A DNA stretch of 59,963 nucleotides, the filler included, from Catajapyx aquilonaris (lineage: Eukaryota), in the NCBI GenBank assembly GCA_000934665.2. It is 4 parts of 4 records of this genome, joined end to end, with 100 filler letters (N's around TTAATTAATTAA, not from the genome) between each part and the next. Parts side by side here need not be neighbours in the genome. Positions count along the whole stretch, not along the records: positions 1 to 14,913 come from JYFJ02007653.1; positions 15,014 to 29,919 come from JYFJ02007654.1; 2 more parts are not named here. One strand, given 5' to 3'. The first letter of the stretch is position 1; each line of letters begins with the position of its first letter. A program made the translations under genes and the position numbers. Shown here in pieces: positions 10,908 through 22,750 of this stretch. Under the pieces are notes generated by a model that saw only the letters and a program-made list of their open reading frames with translations, did not search any database and was not told the origin of the DNA.

Positions 10908-11678
10908 TCACTTTCTTGTGTGAATTCGCATTATGTGAGTGTTCAAATTACTTGAGGTTTGAAATTTTTTCTGGCACGCCTCACATTGAAACGGTCTCTC
11001 TCCCGTATGAATTCGCATGTGAACTTTCAAAGTATTCGAATTGCCAAATTTTTTCTGGCACGCCTCACATTGAAACGGTTTCTCTCCTGTATGATATTGC
11101 ATGTGAGTTTTCAAATGATTAGCACAATTAAATTTTTTCTGGCACACATCGCAATTAAATGGTTTTTCCCCTATATGAATCAGCATATGCTTTTTCAACC
11201 TATCCGCACTGCAAAAAAACTTCTTGCACACCTCACAATTGAACGGTTTCTCTCCCGTATGAAGCCGCATGTGATGTTTCACACTTCTTGGATCGCACAA
11301 TTTTTTCTTACAGATATAGCAACAATTCTTTTCAGCATGTATTAACATGTGAGTGTCCAATTCATGCAGAGTGTCAAATGATTTCTTGCATATTCCGCAC
11401 TCGAATGAAAAAATTCTTGTAGATCCAACACCCGCGCTTCTTCTATTCTGGACCAATGGATCCTGTTCATCTTTGACCGCACTGGACGTGGCCGCCACCA
11501 TCTCCTCCTCCTCCGCAGCCTCCTTCTTGATCTCACGTAGAGTGTCCTCTATAAGAGTGGAGTCCCCATCGAAGCATGATGGGGTCTCCTCCTTCAACGG
11601 AAGCTGCCAGGTCTCCTCCACCGTTATGCCCCCATCTTCTTCTTCCTCCGGTTCCGTCTTCACTTCCAACGATGACAT
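10908..11678 (-). CDS. C2H2 zinc-finger gene copy A: acidic domain plus 6 fingers in one uninterrupted coding exon
   Basis: Continuous ORF from ATG 11678 (MSSLEVKTEPEEEE...) through six CxxC...HxxxH units to a stop at 10908. Confidence 0.9.
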   Translation of the reverse strand: MSSLEVKTEPEEEEDGGITVEETWQLPLKEETPSCFDGDSTLIEDTLREIKKEAAEEEEMVAATSSAVKDEQDPLVQNRRSAGVGSTRIFSFECGICKKSFDTLHELDTHMLIHAEKNCCYICKKKLCDPRSVKHHMRLHTGEKPFNCEVCKKFFCSADRLKKHMLIHIGEKPFNCDVCQKKFNCANHLKTHMQYHTGEKPFQCEACQKKFGNSNTLKVHMRIHTGERPFQCEACQKKFQTSSNLNTHIMRIHTRK

Positions 11679-11989
11679 GGCCCTGCAGGTCACCTGATCA
11701 GGTCAAGGCTAATCCCAAATAGTGGATAAGCTGCATTGGAAGGAACGTTCCTCATGACATGTCAAGTTATAATCACAGGCCTACTCCTACAATTTTTCAA
11801 CTGAGGCCCACTCACTCTCTTTGAGAGTACAGAGCATGTCCTGCTGCCCAGCTCTAGTTACCTGCACTCCTCCCAGAGTGATTACACGTCTAATTAACAC
11901 TAATTACACTTGGAAAATCTGCTTCCGAACAGAAACACGGCGGCCATCTTGGAATTCCGAACAAGTGACAGTCGCCAATGGTGCCAACA

Positions 11990-12990
11990 GGAGCAATGGT
12001 CAACACGGGTCAACATGACCACACTGGCAATATGACCTTTATCCGCAGCGCAATGAAGCGGACTTGCGGAGTATCACCATCTTGACCCCTGGCATCGACG
12101 CGTGAACCCTGACCCAGCAGATATTCCACCAGGTCGGTGTGTCCGTACTTCGTGGCCAAGTGTATGGGCTGGTCATTGCGCCTATGTCTGCCCCGTGCTC
12201 CACCAGCAGACGAGTGATGTTGATGTGACCTACAAGAGATGCCCAGTGAAGAGGGGTCGTCATGTACCGAGTGTTTCGTTGATCCACAGGCCACCCTTCT
12301 TCTATCAGGATTTTAATGATTTCATAGCGTCCGTTTTGCGATGCCAGGTGTATGCCTGTGTCTCCGTCTACATCAAGAACCATCTGCATGACCTCGAGAC
12401 CCCTTTCCTCCTCACCATCTCTCTGACTATGGAAACCTCCCCGTTCTTGCATGCTTCTAAGAAATCATCCGGTACAGAATCCTGCACGATCAGGAGACAA
12501 TCAGAAATTTGGGTGCATTTGACATTGGACGAAAATGGTTTGGACAAGCAACGTACCTCTTGTACTTGTACATCACCGTACGTCCGTATAAATTCGGCCA
12601 ATGAAAAGTGTCCACTGAATTCGGCCTGGTCCATCGCCGTGTTTCCAAACAAGGTCTTCGCATAGCGATCAGCACCATGTTGAAGCAGCAGTTGAGCCAT
12701 ATGTCTTCCCTGTTGTTAATGGCTGCATTATGCAAAGGTGTCCAGCCCCACATGTCACTCTTGATGTCCACCACTTTCTGGATGATGTAAGTGACAATGT
12801 CCACTCGACCTTCACCCACAGCCACGTGAAGAGGGCTTTGTCCCATCGCATCTCTCATGTCCAGCACTGCTCCTATACCACTCTGCTGGACAACACTGTC
12901 CACTACACTCAGTTGTCCAGCTCGACATGCATCAAACACAGCCGTCATCTCTTTGTCCAACGACCGTGTACAGTGCTGCCCACTTCCCAC
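11990..12990 (-). pseudogene. Ankyrin-repeat protein pseudogene (at least 4 frameshifts, one small retained intron)
   Basis: Ankyrin motifs (GQSPLHVA, GWTPLHNAA, LLLQHGAD, TTPLHWAS, IHLATKYGH, PLHCAADKGH) are spread over all three minus frames. Frameshifts near 12700, 12400, 12175 and 12063. GT..AG intron at ~12556-12482. Confidence 0.8.
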
Positions 12991-13762
12991 TGGGTCATAT
13001 CTGGCACGTCAACTGGAGCCGGGAATTTTTATCAACTCATACTAGATACTACTGCCCATGCTACTGCCATACATGTCGCCACTCATCACGCATAAGGGAG
13101 ATTCTTCACCAATAATAAATTGGTGCTTCCATTTGATGTGGAAAGAAGCAACTACGTACTAATCCCAAGAGGTAATTAATGTGACAGAATTGTGCAATAC
13201 TTGTTGGCCATGTGCCATCCCCACTCGACCTTGTACTGCCTACTAACCCAAGGTCTCCCTCCTGTCCCATCTCATGCCAATATAGAGTCAATATAATGAG
13301 GCCTCTTTGCGAAAATAACTTCAGAATTTCTGACATATTTTGCAAAATAAACACCATATAAAAAAACACCAAAAAACATCGCTGTTCCTTTTTGAGTTCA
13401 CCCGATTTTTTTTTGTTTTTGAAGACTATAGTTTCCTGGAATACAAACTGATCAGAAATGACATCTACGTACGGTACCTTAGCAATTGATAAAATTCTCG
13501 TTATTCTCCGATCACTGGATACCTGTGCTATGACAAGACTTTCTGAAGGAAACAAAGCCAAGTGATTTCTTCAAAAATAAATACAGTATTTCCAAAATAC
13601 CAGAAACGATATGCAAGATTATTTTAGGGGCGGTAGCCCCTAAATAAGACCGTACAACAATTTTCAACAATGAATTTTTTCAACATTCAGCTACATGTAG
13701 AGCAAAAACATTCCCTTGAGTGAAAAAAAGGGTAGTTAGACCTCCGTGGCGGAATGAATGTA

Positions 13763-14451
13763 CTGAAACAAGGCAGGCGCACGTAAGACCTTCACCAATT
13801 GATTTAAGCTGTACCATATAGGTCTGACTCAAGCAATTCTCAAGTACTGTATGGAACGGCTCGTAAAAATTACTGCTGCAAACTACTCAGAGCAGTCGGT
13901 AGGGCGTTTTATTCTGAAAAGAAAAAAAATTGGGGAAACAATCTAAAACCATCCTCACACACTTTGGAAATTTTCGCTCCTGAAAATGCAGAATCCAATC
14001 GAAACAATACCCTCTAAAATTCACCAATTAACGTTTATATGTGAAAAATTAAACATTAGAGTTAAAGTCAGCATCTGAATGAGGTGACGATTCTGCATGA
14101 ATGAATGGCAATAATTCGAACCAATTGTATAGAAATTTAATGCGCGTAATATTGAAGTTCCTAATTTCATAAAACACTAATATGCAGTGGCTCAAGGAAA
14201 AATAACGGGTGGAATTTTCGTCGTACTACTATTATTACTATTGACTATAGTTACTGCTAACTTAGCAGTACCATTGCACTATACTGATACTGCTAAGTTA
14301 GAATAAGTAACTAGTACAACGAAAATTCCACAAATTTGTTTTCAGAAAGGACATTTCATGAGTAGTAAATTGGAAATTGCTTGAGTAACACCTATGGTAC
14401 AGCTTAAATCAATTAGTGAAGGTCTTACGTGCTCCTGCCTTGTTTCTGCAG
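13763..14451. mobile_element. MITE with ~90-bp TIRs, flanked by TA, containing an internal hairpin (~14209-14331)
   Basis: CTGAAACAAGGCAGGCGCACGTAAGACCTTCACCAATTGATTTAAGCTGTACCATA at 13763 is inverted at ~14390-14451. Confidence 0.75.
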
Positions 14452-14604
14452 TATGTCCTTTTTCAAAGTACTTGAATTAGGACCAAATGATTTCCGGCAT
14501 TTCTTGCAATCATGTGGATTTCCTCTCGAGTCGACATTTGTGTTATTTTCCTTCAGGATCCCATCCTTGTCACCTCCATCTACAGCGGCTGTCTCTTGGA
14601 CGAT
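14452..14604 (-). pseudogene. Remnant of a further zinc-finger exon 2, cut off by the MITE
   Basis: TTTCAG acceptor, then IVQETAAVDGGDKDGILK...HDCKKCRKSFGPNSSTLKKD, similar to IKEETAEDGVENDEIQK...CxxC of copies B and C. Confidence 0.5.
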
Positions 14605-14913
14605 CTGAAACATACACAAGTTTAGTATTAATTAAATGCATTACAATTAACCAAGACGCTATGAATGTTAAAAATCATATGATTGTCATTCGGATAAGAA
14701 AATCGTACCTTACCTTATTCGTAATAATGGAGAAACAGTAGATAGAGGTACGTAATTGCTTTTCCGCAATTACTGAAATGAGGTACTATTTGCCTTCACC
14801 TAAACTGGAGAGTTGAATTATGTTGGCCCAGATTATTTCGATGAATTCATAAGTTTCGATACATGTTGTCATACATTGGAAATAATAATCCAGTTAGAAC
14901 AGGTGTCATTTGA

Positions 14914-15013
14914 NNNNNNNNNNNNNNNNNNNNNNNNNNNNNNNNNNNNNNNNNNNNTTAATTAATTAANNNNNNNNNNNNNNNNNNNNNNNNNNNNNNN
15001 NNNNNNNNNNNNN
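14914..15013. other. Artificial contig spacer N44-TTAATTAATTAA-N44
   Basis: Identical 100-bp spacer, with stops in all six frames, occurs three times in the window. Confidence 0.97.
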
Positions 15014-15847
15014 CAACGGCGTAAGTCCGAGGTCTGTACGACCTCGGGAAGTGGGAGATCTTTTCCATCCTATATCCTCCTCGGATTGGGGCTTTATATA
15101 TATTAGATGTTACATTCTTTGTTTGACAAACTTCCAGGGTAAATTTGGGGAACCAGCGGAGCATTGTATGTAGAGGTATCATTTGGTCTCTGTAGCCAGG
15201 CCCACGCAACTCCCTATCTAGACCTATGGTGACGGTAGTTGAATATAAAAGTCTCTCCCAGCCTGAAATTTGGTGCTGGTGCAGCCCCACAGGCATGTTG
15301 TGGTTCGGGTGGCTAACTGGTGATCTGTGAATTCCATCCGGACCCAGCTGCAGTGGAATGGTTCGGATTGGTTCAGGCATCCACGAGCGGCCGCCCCAAC
15401 CACAACATCCCTGGGCATGCGCCAGCGCCTCTGACAGAGACTTTTATATTCACCTACCATATCGTATGAGTTGCGGGGGGCTGTCTGTAGCCTAGTTACC
15501 AAGATAATGGAGCTATTGATCATGTAATATACCATATGCTGGAAGGTTTGCATTCTAATGCACAAGTAGCACTTTGCTGCTATAAAAATGCCTCGCGGTC
15601 TGTTTTGGCAAGGACCCCAACTCGGGATCACTCACTCGTCAGTGAAACACCCTATACATAAAGCATTTCATAGGCAAGCTCCCAAGCATCATCCCTTGGC
15701 ACGGTAGCTTTCAGTAAGCCAGTGTGCCTCAGACCACAGCATTTTTTGGAATGAAACCATACTGGTATGCTGGAAGTGTGCGCAGTGTTTTCCTGTCTGC
15801 AAATTGAATAGCTCTGCTCTTACACACCATCTTTATTTCAGTTCACC

Positions 15848-16042
15848 ATGGAGCCACTCCACAATTTCTGTCGCTTTGTCGACAAACTTAGCATCGATCA
15901 AAAGTTTACAATTGCAACATCACTTCATACCTGCTGCAACACACCACTACCATGGAGTTACTGGCAGTCGACTTTCCCGAGCTGGAGCTGGGCTCCAGTC
16001 TCAAATTCTGGGAGAATGAAGCACCCCTCTTTGAGGACTTAG
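15848..16042 (+). promoter_or_regulatory. ATF4 overlapping upstream ORF (64 codons, uORF2-like)
   Basis: CACCATGG start 6 nt into the exon (acceptor TTTCAG ending 15841). Out of frame with, and overlapping, the ATF4 start at 15952 by 91 nt. Confidence 0.75.
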
Positions 16043-16183
16043 TGAAGCATGAAACCTTGAGCATCCTGCATGAGGAGCTTGGAGGGAAGAAAGATCTGAA
16101 TGTCATCAGCAGCAGCAAGCCTCTCTCCAAGGGTCAGCGGGCCAAGCAGCTCTTGGATGACATTGAACAACTTGACAAAGAAG
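15952..16183 (+). CDS. ATF4: ATF4 (cryptocephal-like bZIP factor), first coding exon
   Basis: TACCATGG start. AAG|GTATGG phase-1 donor at 16184 matches the phase-1 acceptor at 22750; the spliced CDS is 364 aa. Confidence 0.75.
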
Positions 16184-16536
16184 GTATGGTATGGGTCATA
16201 GATGCCTCTGACATGTGGTTTTTAAATGCCACATGAAAAGAATCCCATTGTGCATCATACATGATGTCACAAATCACATTGACTTCCGATTTGTCACAAT
16301 TTTTGCCTTAATAGTTTATATTAATAATTATCTGTATGAAGAATTGAAATGGGCTGCATGATTTTGTAGCAGGTAGGCTTACAAATCTGTACTCTAGGAC
16401 CTGTGCTCTATTTTTTGACCCAAGACCATGATACCTCTGGCCATGTCACATTGACGTTATGTGCTCATTATTGCTATTGCTTCATTTATGGTGATAGAAT
16501 CAACAGGTGCTATTTTGAACACTTCCACCAGAGTAA

Positions 16537-16725
16537 AGGCCGGTATCGACATGCGAGTTCCTGGTATGCGAGTCCTCTTACGCGAGAAATCTTGTACGTC
16601 GAGACGGACTCTTTGTTGCCTCAGGGCCCCTCTTGTCCCTCGAAAAGGGGATTAAAGTTGAAAATTTGCAACTTTTCCTCGTTCCTCGGATCCGGGCATG
16701 CGCAGTTGTACGTGGATACCGGCCT
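16537..16725. mobile_element. PIF/Harbinger-type MITE, TAA TSD
   Basis: TAA-AGGCCGGTATC ... GATACCGGCCT-TAA. Confidence 0.7.
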
Positions 16726-18906
16726 TAAGAAGGCATTTGCACACTAGAAGAAGAAAATAGCAAATACCATGTTACCCCGCATAGAATGGCATGCCAGTAA
16801 AAACAGGGTTGGCCAGATTTTAGAAATCACACTTATGGTGGCTATGCCTGTATAAGGCAGGGATTTGTCTATGTTACCAGTGAAAAGCGTATAGTTTTTT
16901 AAAGCTGTAGATTGAAGGAGCACATTCTGTTCTCTTCCCCTGTGAGCATCATCAGTTAGGAATAGTTGTTGTAAATCACTTGCCAAACATTACATGGCCA
17001 ACATGATGGCAGGAGTGTTAGGTATGTTGGCACTGCACTTTTCAACCCCTTCCTGACCTTAGAACTAACTAACAGGCAGTCCTAGTTACAACCAAACTAC
17101 CGTCAAACGGTGACGTTGGCCGCCACAATTCCAAAACTGTCATTAATGAATATTCAAGGTAGCACGTGTTATAAAAATGAGACTTTCAATCACATCATGC
17201 CATTACCGCAGCGCTTCCCATGTTGTACGCCAAAAAAATTCGCCTGTCGGAGCAGGTGAATTTTTTTGGTGTACAACATGGTAAGCACTGCCGTAATGGG
17301 ATGATGAGATTGAAAGTCTCGCTTTTATGACGTGTTTCCTTAAATATTAATGACACTTTTGGAATTGTGGACAAGTTCACCCTGGCAGCCAACGTCACCC
17401 TGTTTGGCAGTATCTTTGATGCCCCTACACCAGCAGGAAATATTTTTTTGAAAATCATGTACTGTAACTATCCAGGTTTTAGAGGGCCTCACAATATAGG
17501 TCTATGGTGTATAAAATACGTACGGTACCGTAATGTTCTGGTAAATGAAGCGTGGCAGAGAAAAGAATGTTGGGTGGGTTTATTTCTTAAGGGGGGGATA
17601 AGGATAATCGGGACTACTTCGAGTTCCAACTCTGGCCAAAAGAGGAGACAGTGGATCCCACCCTCCCTACACAAAAGAAAGGTCACGTTGCGGTTGACCA
17701 TTCCCTCTAGGCACAATAAAAACCGTGAAAATTAGGGTTCCCCCAACTTCTAGTAGTTCTCAAATCATTCAAATTTTGACAAAATTATTAGCTAAATATA
17801 AAAATCGGCTTTGTAGGTCCGGAGCACCTCATTTTTCCGTATTTTCGAGTGCTTGTTACAACATAACTTAAAATTTTACCACTGCGTAAATTCCTCCCGA
17901 ATGCAAATGACTTTTTATAATACTACATTAATAATATGGGAAAAGTACAGTGTACATGTTTAAGAGAGAGGTCAGTTACACTTACAAAAAAAAAAAAAAC
18001 TGTTCTGCTGTTGTTAGTTAGCGAGAACTTTACTCCCAAATTCTCTTTATCCCCCCCCCCCNTTTTTTGACCCCAGGTGGTATTTTCATTATATTTTACC
18101 TCTGATTCATGTGATTAAATTTTGAATACTATTAAAAATAAGTTCACAAATCTTAATGTGTAAATAATAAAGCAGGCTGATATAAAACGTAATCAAATGT
18201 TTAAAACTGTGCAAACATAAATCAATATGTATAATTATAGATAGCGCAGCAACAACCTGCAGCGTCAAAAATTCCCTAATACACCTACTATGTAGGTCTC
18301 GAATGACAAACATATGTCCTCTGCATACGTTATCTACAATTAATATTTTCGAAAGTAGAGATAAAAGTCTAGGTATCTTAGGCCCACCTAATGTAATATA
18401 CAACAGATGCACCTCACCTTGATTGTAGCTGTTGTTTGAGGGCCCTTAATTTTTTTCCCCAATTTCAAAAAAATGAACACATAGGCAAAGATGTGTTTGA
18501 GGTACACGATAGCATTTGGCTTTTGATTAATTAGTTACTTGACACTGTTAATTCTTGTAAGCTTGGGGTCAAAAAAGACCCCATGTTACTAGTTATGGGT
18601 TAAGCCTTATATTGGTATCTGCGTAAAATATTTCAAAACATTCGAAAGTATTTCTATTTTATTGGGAATACCAGTAATGTTACAGGGAAGAAGAAAGTAA
18701 TGAAAATTACCCCACTTTTGTATACTGGTCAGCCCCAGGGTTGTATTGGCTCCCTGGTTGACCTTTTATTTGGGTAGGCCATTTTATGTGGGGTAATGCA
18801 GTCAAGAGGCTGGATTCATACTCGATTGTTAAAATTCAAGGGATGTGTAGGCTTAATAAAACCTTGGCTTTGGAAAGATGGTTGTCTGCAACAACCGTGA
18901 CCAGAG

Positions 18907-19079
18907 ATCTGCCGTCCCAAGGTAAAACACCCTAACTGCAAAACTAGTAAGAGTGAAAGTCGCATGCATGTCCTGCACTAATCCCTCGTGAGTCAGGATG
19001 GATTAGTGCAGGGCATGCACGAAACCTTCATCCTTACTAGTTTTGCCGGTACGGTGTTTTACCTTGGGACTGCAGAGAT
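18907..19079. mobile_element. Palindromic MITE (long hairpin) in the ATF4 intron
   Basis: GTCCCAAGGTAAAACACC...GCAAAACTAGTAAG...CCTGCACTAATCC is mirrored by GGATTAGTGCAGG...CTTACTAGTTTTGC...GGTGTTTTACCTTGGGAC. Confidence 0.7.
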
Positions 19080-19258
19080 GGGGGAAATTCATTTGATCAG
19101 GTCTGAGAGCATTTGTACCCCCTTCTGATCAGTCAATTATGCCTGGAAATGGATTATCTCTTTAAACCATTGCATGTTCAGCATAAAATTATTAGGGCAG
19201 CTAAAGACGGTAAACTACAAAAACAAGCTAAATATTCAGAGCCTCCACAGTAGTCACC

Positions 19259-19365
19259 TTTCACCCGGTTTTCATAAAAACCCCGGTTCTCTCAGGAAAT
19301 CCCTATTCTATTTGCAGGGATTTTCCGAAAGAACCGGGTTTTTTATGAAAACCAGACTGGTGAAA
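19259..19365. repeat. Short palindromic element (MITE-like)
   Basis: GGTTTTCATAAAAACCCCGGTTCT ... AGAACCGGGTTTTTTATGAAAACC. Confidence 0.6.
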
Positions 19366-22300
19366 CCGGCCATTAGTCTATGGTTGAGCCATTTTATCTT
19401 CCTGTTTGGTAGGACAGGGTGACTGGAGTGAAGTTGGCCACTTGCACCACTCCTATGGTGTAGTCTGCGGTAGTGGGTATTAATGTTAGTGCAAGGGAAG
19501 CACAATTTATTAGTGCCAATGTCGCCTCAGCATGAAATCAACCATAGGTTTAGGTCGAAGAAAGCCTCATGCTGCATCATTTTTTCGTTGCTGAGGGTTT
19601 ACAAATAGCACGTATTAGTCACATGTCATGTAACTGGATTATGATTGGCAGGTTTTGCTGAAGTAGTACTAACATGGTCAAAACTATCCAGACTAATTGT
19701 ATAAATCATGTGACAAGTTGTGATGTTGGCTAGTAGAGTGTGTTACATGCACAAATATCATTGGGATTTTTAAAAGTAAGAATCGCCTGAGAATTGGATC
19801 TCGATGAAGTTATGTGTACTCATATTGCCAAGACTGCTATGAATTCAAACATACTTATGGGAAGTCTTTATACGAGTTGGCCAATTGGTAATACAATTTA
19901 TGCTGCCTGTGTAGGTGGACAGAGTGCCATATGATTGCATTTGTGAGGTGGTGGAGAGGTGAGAGTGGCCAGTTAAAGGAAAGTCTCAGTCATTTGGGAA
20001 GTTGAGCTCAAAAATTCCTAAATAAATTTCTGCTGTCATGCATTGCTTAGAAGCCAAGAGAGGCAATATTCACAAGTAGGAAACTTTTGAGAAGTAGCAA
20101 ACCATTATCTATGAGGGTAGTTTTTTTTGATTGGTCAAGTAACTTGGATATGAGGTTGTGTGGTTCTCATACTGACTAACTCCTTTTTTGTGACCTGACT
20201 ACAAGTGGGGAAGATAACTGAAGTAATCATGATGTCAAGCCAATATGTTTTCTAGAAACTTTCTTACAATGGATCTAATGCAAGAGAAATTTTACTACTT
20301 TTACATGGTGTTACCCTAGGGGATCACATCCATGTGACTTGGACCAAAAGAAGAAAAAAAAATAAAAAAAAACTTAAGAAATCATACAGTATATCAAAAT
20401 GTGGCCTCTAGATATCGTAATTGAAAAAAATGTAAGTAGTATTGCATGAGTGTTTTTGACATAACATGGCTGCCTGACAAAGCAGTTGGAAGTGAATTAT
20501 ACATTCCAGTGTAAGTGAAGGCCTATTTTCAAGTAAGTGGGTGGAGGGAATAAGCGAGAGTGCACACATTCTCAACTAGGTATGTAGGCAAAGAATATGC
20601 AGCATTTTCAAGCGAGAGGGTTGAGAAATGGGAGAAACAGAAACTCGTGCCATAATATTACTCCCCTTCCCCTACTGCCGGATTGGATACAAGATAATGA
20701 TGGCCCTATGCACACATTGGGCATGCGAGGAAGGCATCTGATTGGTCAGCCAGATCCTCCAATGCCATCCTCTTGCGTGTGCATTCCCATTTTTAACTGT
20801 CCATTTAATTCGTTAAATAATTAGAGATGATTTGTAGCAATTGCAATAAGACGGCTGCTTGTGAGGCCCAGTAGCTAAGTGACCTGGGGTTGTCAGAGCA
20901 CACAAGCCCCACTGCTACAAGCTGGAGGTGCCATTTGGGGCATGCAATGATTCTCGTAGACTATATTCAAAATGGCCCTGTCTGGATAATTTCCGCTAAA
21001 TGGATTTAATACCTTGAGCTTGTGTAGTATGGTCTAAATACCTAGCAGCCAGTTTCTTGAAATCAAATTTAAGAAATCTTTCATTATGTAGGTTTATGTA
21101 TTAAAATGCCTATGTATAAGCAAAGATTTTTCCTAATTTGCTTCAGTAAAACCAGAACTTGCTGAGCTAAGTGATCGTGATTAAGACCACATGATAATTC
21201 TCCAAAACCTGCATTAGGAACGTAGATAATTATGTAAAGATGTTAAAGCAGTGAAAGAGTTTTTCATCCTAAGTTTTCATTTTAAATTAAAATTGCTTTT
21301 CTAATAGTGAAAGAGACCTAAATTGTTATCTGACAGTGGTATATGGAGTTCTTTGTTGCTAGGTTGTTTGCTGTTATGATACCAGCAAAAAATGTATAGC
21401 AGAGTTCACTCATGTGACAGAGGCTTTAAAAAAAGGCAGATGGCAATTTAACTGAGGAGTGGGAATGCTGCTTTGGCTATCGGAGGCCAAAGTTGAAAAC
21501 CAGTCCAGTTCCAATTCTTGGCTGACATCCAAGGCTTACATCTAGGGACCTTGCATGGCTAGTACAGACTGCACCAAAATTGAAATAGGTTAGACATTTA
21601 TATTTGTGAATGGCTGGAAATACCTGAGCAAGTAGTTATCTACACTCAGCATGTGCCACAGGCACTGGTTAAGCAATCCTAAAAAGATAGTGAGTGCAAC
21701 TGCAATGAGTGCACCAAGGACATGTGCAGGGCTAGTTGGGCAGAGCTTTGCACAGGACAGTACTTGAAAGTCATGTAAAGGGTACGGATATCAGGACAGC
21801 GTGCTCAGTGTGTGCTAAGACGTTGATGGATCAAGTCATGTGTTAATGCTTTGATGGCCCGACTTCGGCTGAGGCCTAGCATGGTGTGCGACTTGGCGTA
21901 TTGCTTTCTGTGGTCCCGAGAAATCGTGGTCGCTTCCCAGAAACTGAATCGAAGAAGGTGAATTCGCCGTTGTCAGTGTGTCATGCCGTTCTCTCCCATG
22001 ATGCAGCTGGCGTCATTTGTGACCAGTCCTTATGCCTACCCCTCAGGAAGCGGTGCATGTCATTATGGCTTCTACCCTCCAAGTACGGTTTGATCTTATT
22101 CTTCGTGATATCATGTTAAATTAATGAGCAATGGGATTCGTTGATTCGTTGAATGAAACCTGCAGCTTGCATTCATTTGTAGAGGAGTATCAGAGGCTAG
22201 CTTAAAATCTGTGGAAATTTGTTTTGAATTTGAAATCCCACACATGTTGACCAACAGGGCTGTTGAAAAGTTTTACAAGCGCTCATATTATTATAGGGCA

Positions 22301-22750
22301 GAATTTAACTAGCTACAGTAGTGTTATGTAACTAGTAAGCCACACACTGGCTACATAAGTATATGGATGATTATGTTATGTAGGCTAATTAGTACAACTG
22401 TAAAATACCATATTGATCCATTTTGACATATGAATGCTTTGCTATTTCTGTTTAGATCATAGCTTGTCAGATGGCAGATCACCTCTTGTTTATTCATGTT
22501 ATAATTCCCTGTGGAGCTCAGGCAAAGAAATCATTGGGCCATGACCTGGCATTAGAGGCACACTTATTTGAATAGAAATCAGAAAGCATTCACAAGTTAA
22601 AGTTCTCAAAATTCCTTCAGAGATGTTTGTACTTGGTTCACTCAGGTATGGGCCTGTCAAAATAATGGAGGTGTATGTTGTTATTGGAACAACAAGTTGG
22701 AAAATATGAAGTGATGTGAATGTAATACATAGATATATTCTTTTCTGTAG

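Noticed and set aside
2961..11697. Ser-rich plus-strand ORFs (2961-3305, 6863-7207, 9847-10206, 11353-11697) and other-frame ORFs over the finger arrays
   Set aside because: Antisense or alternate-frame shadows of the zinc-finger exons.
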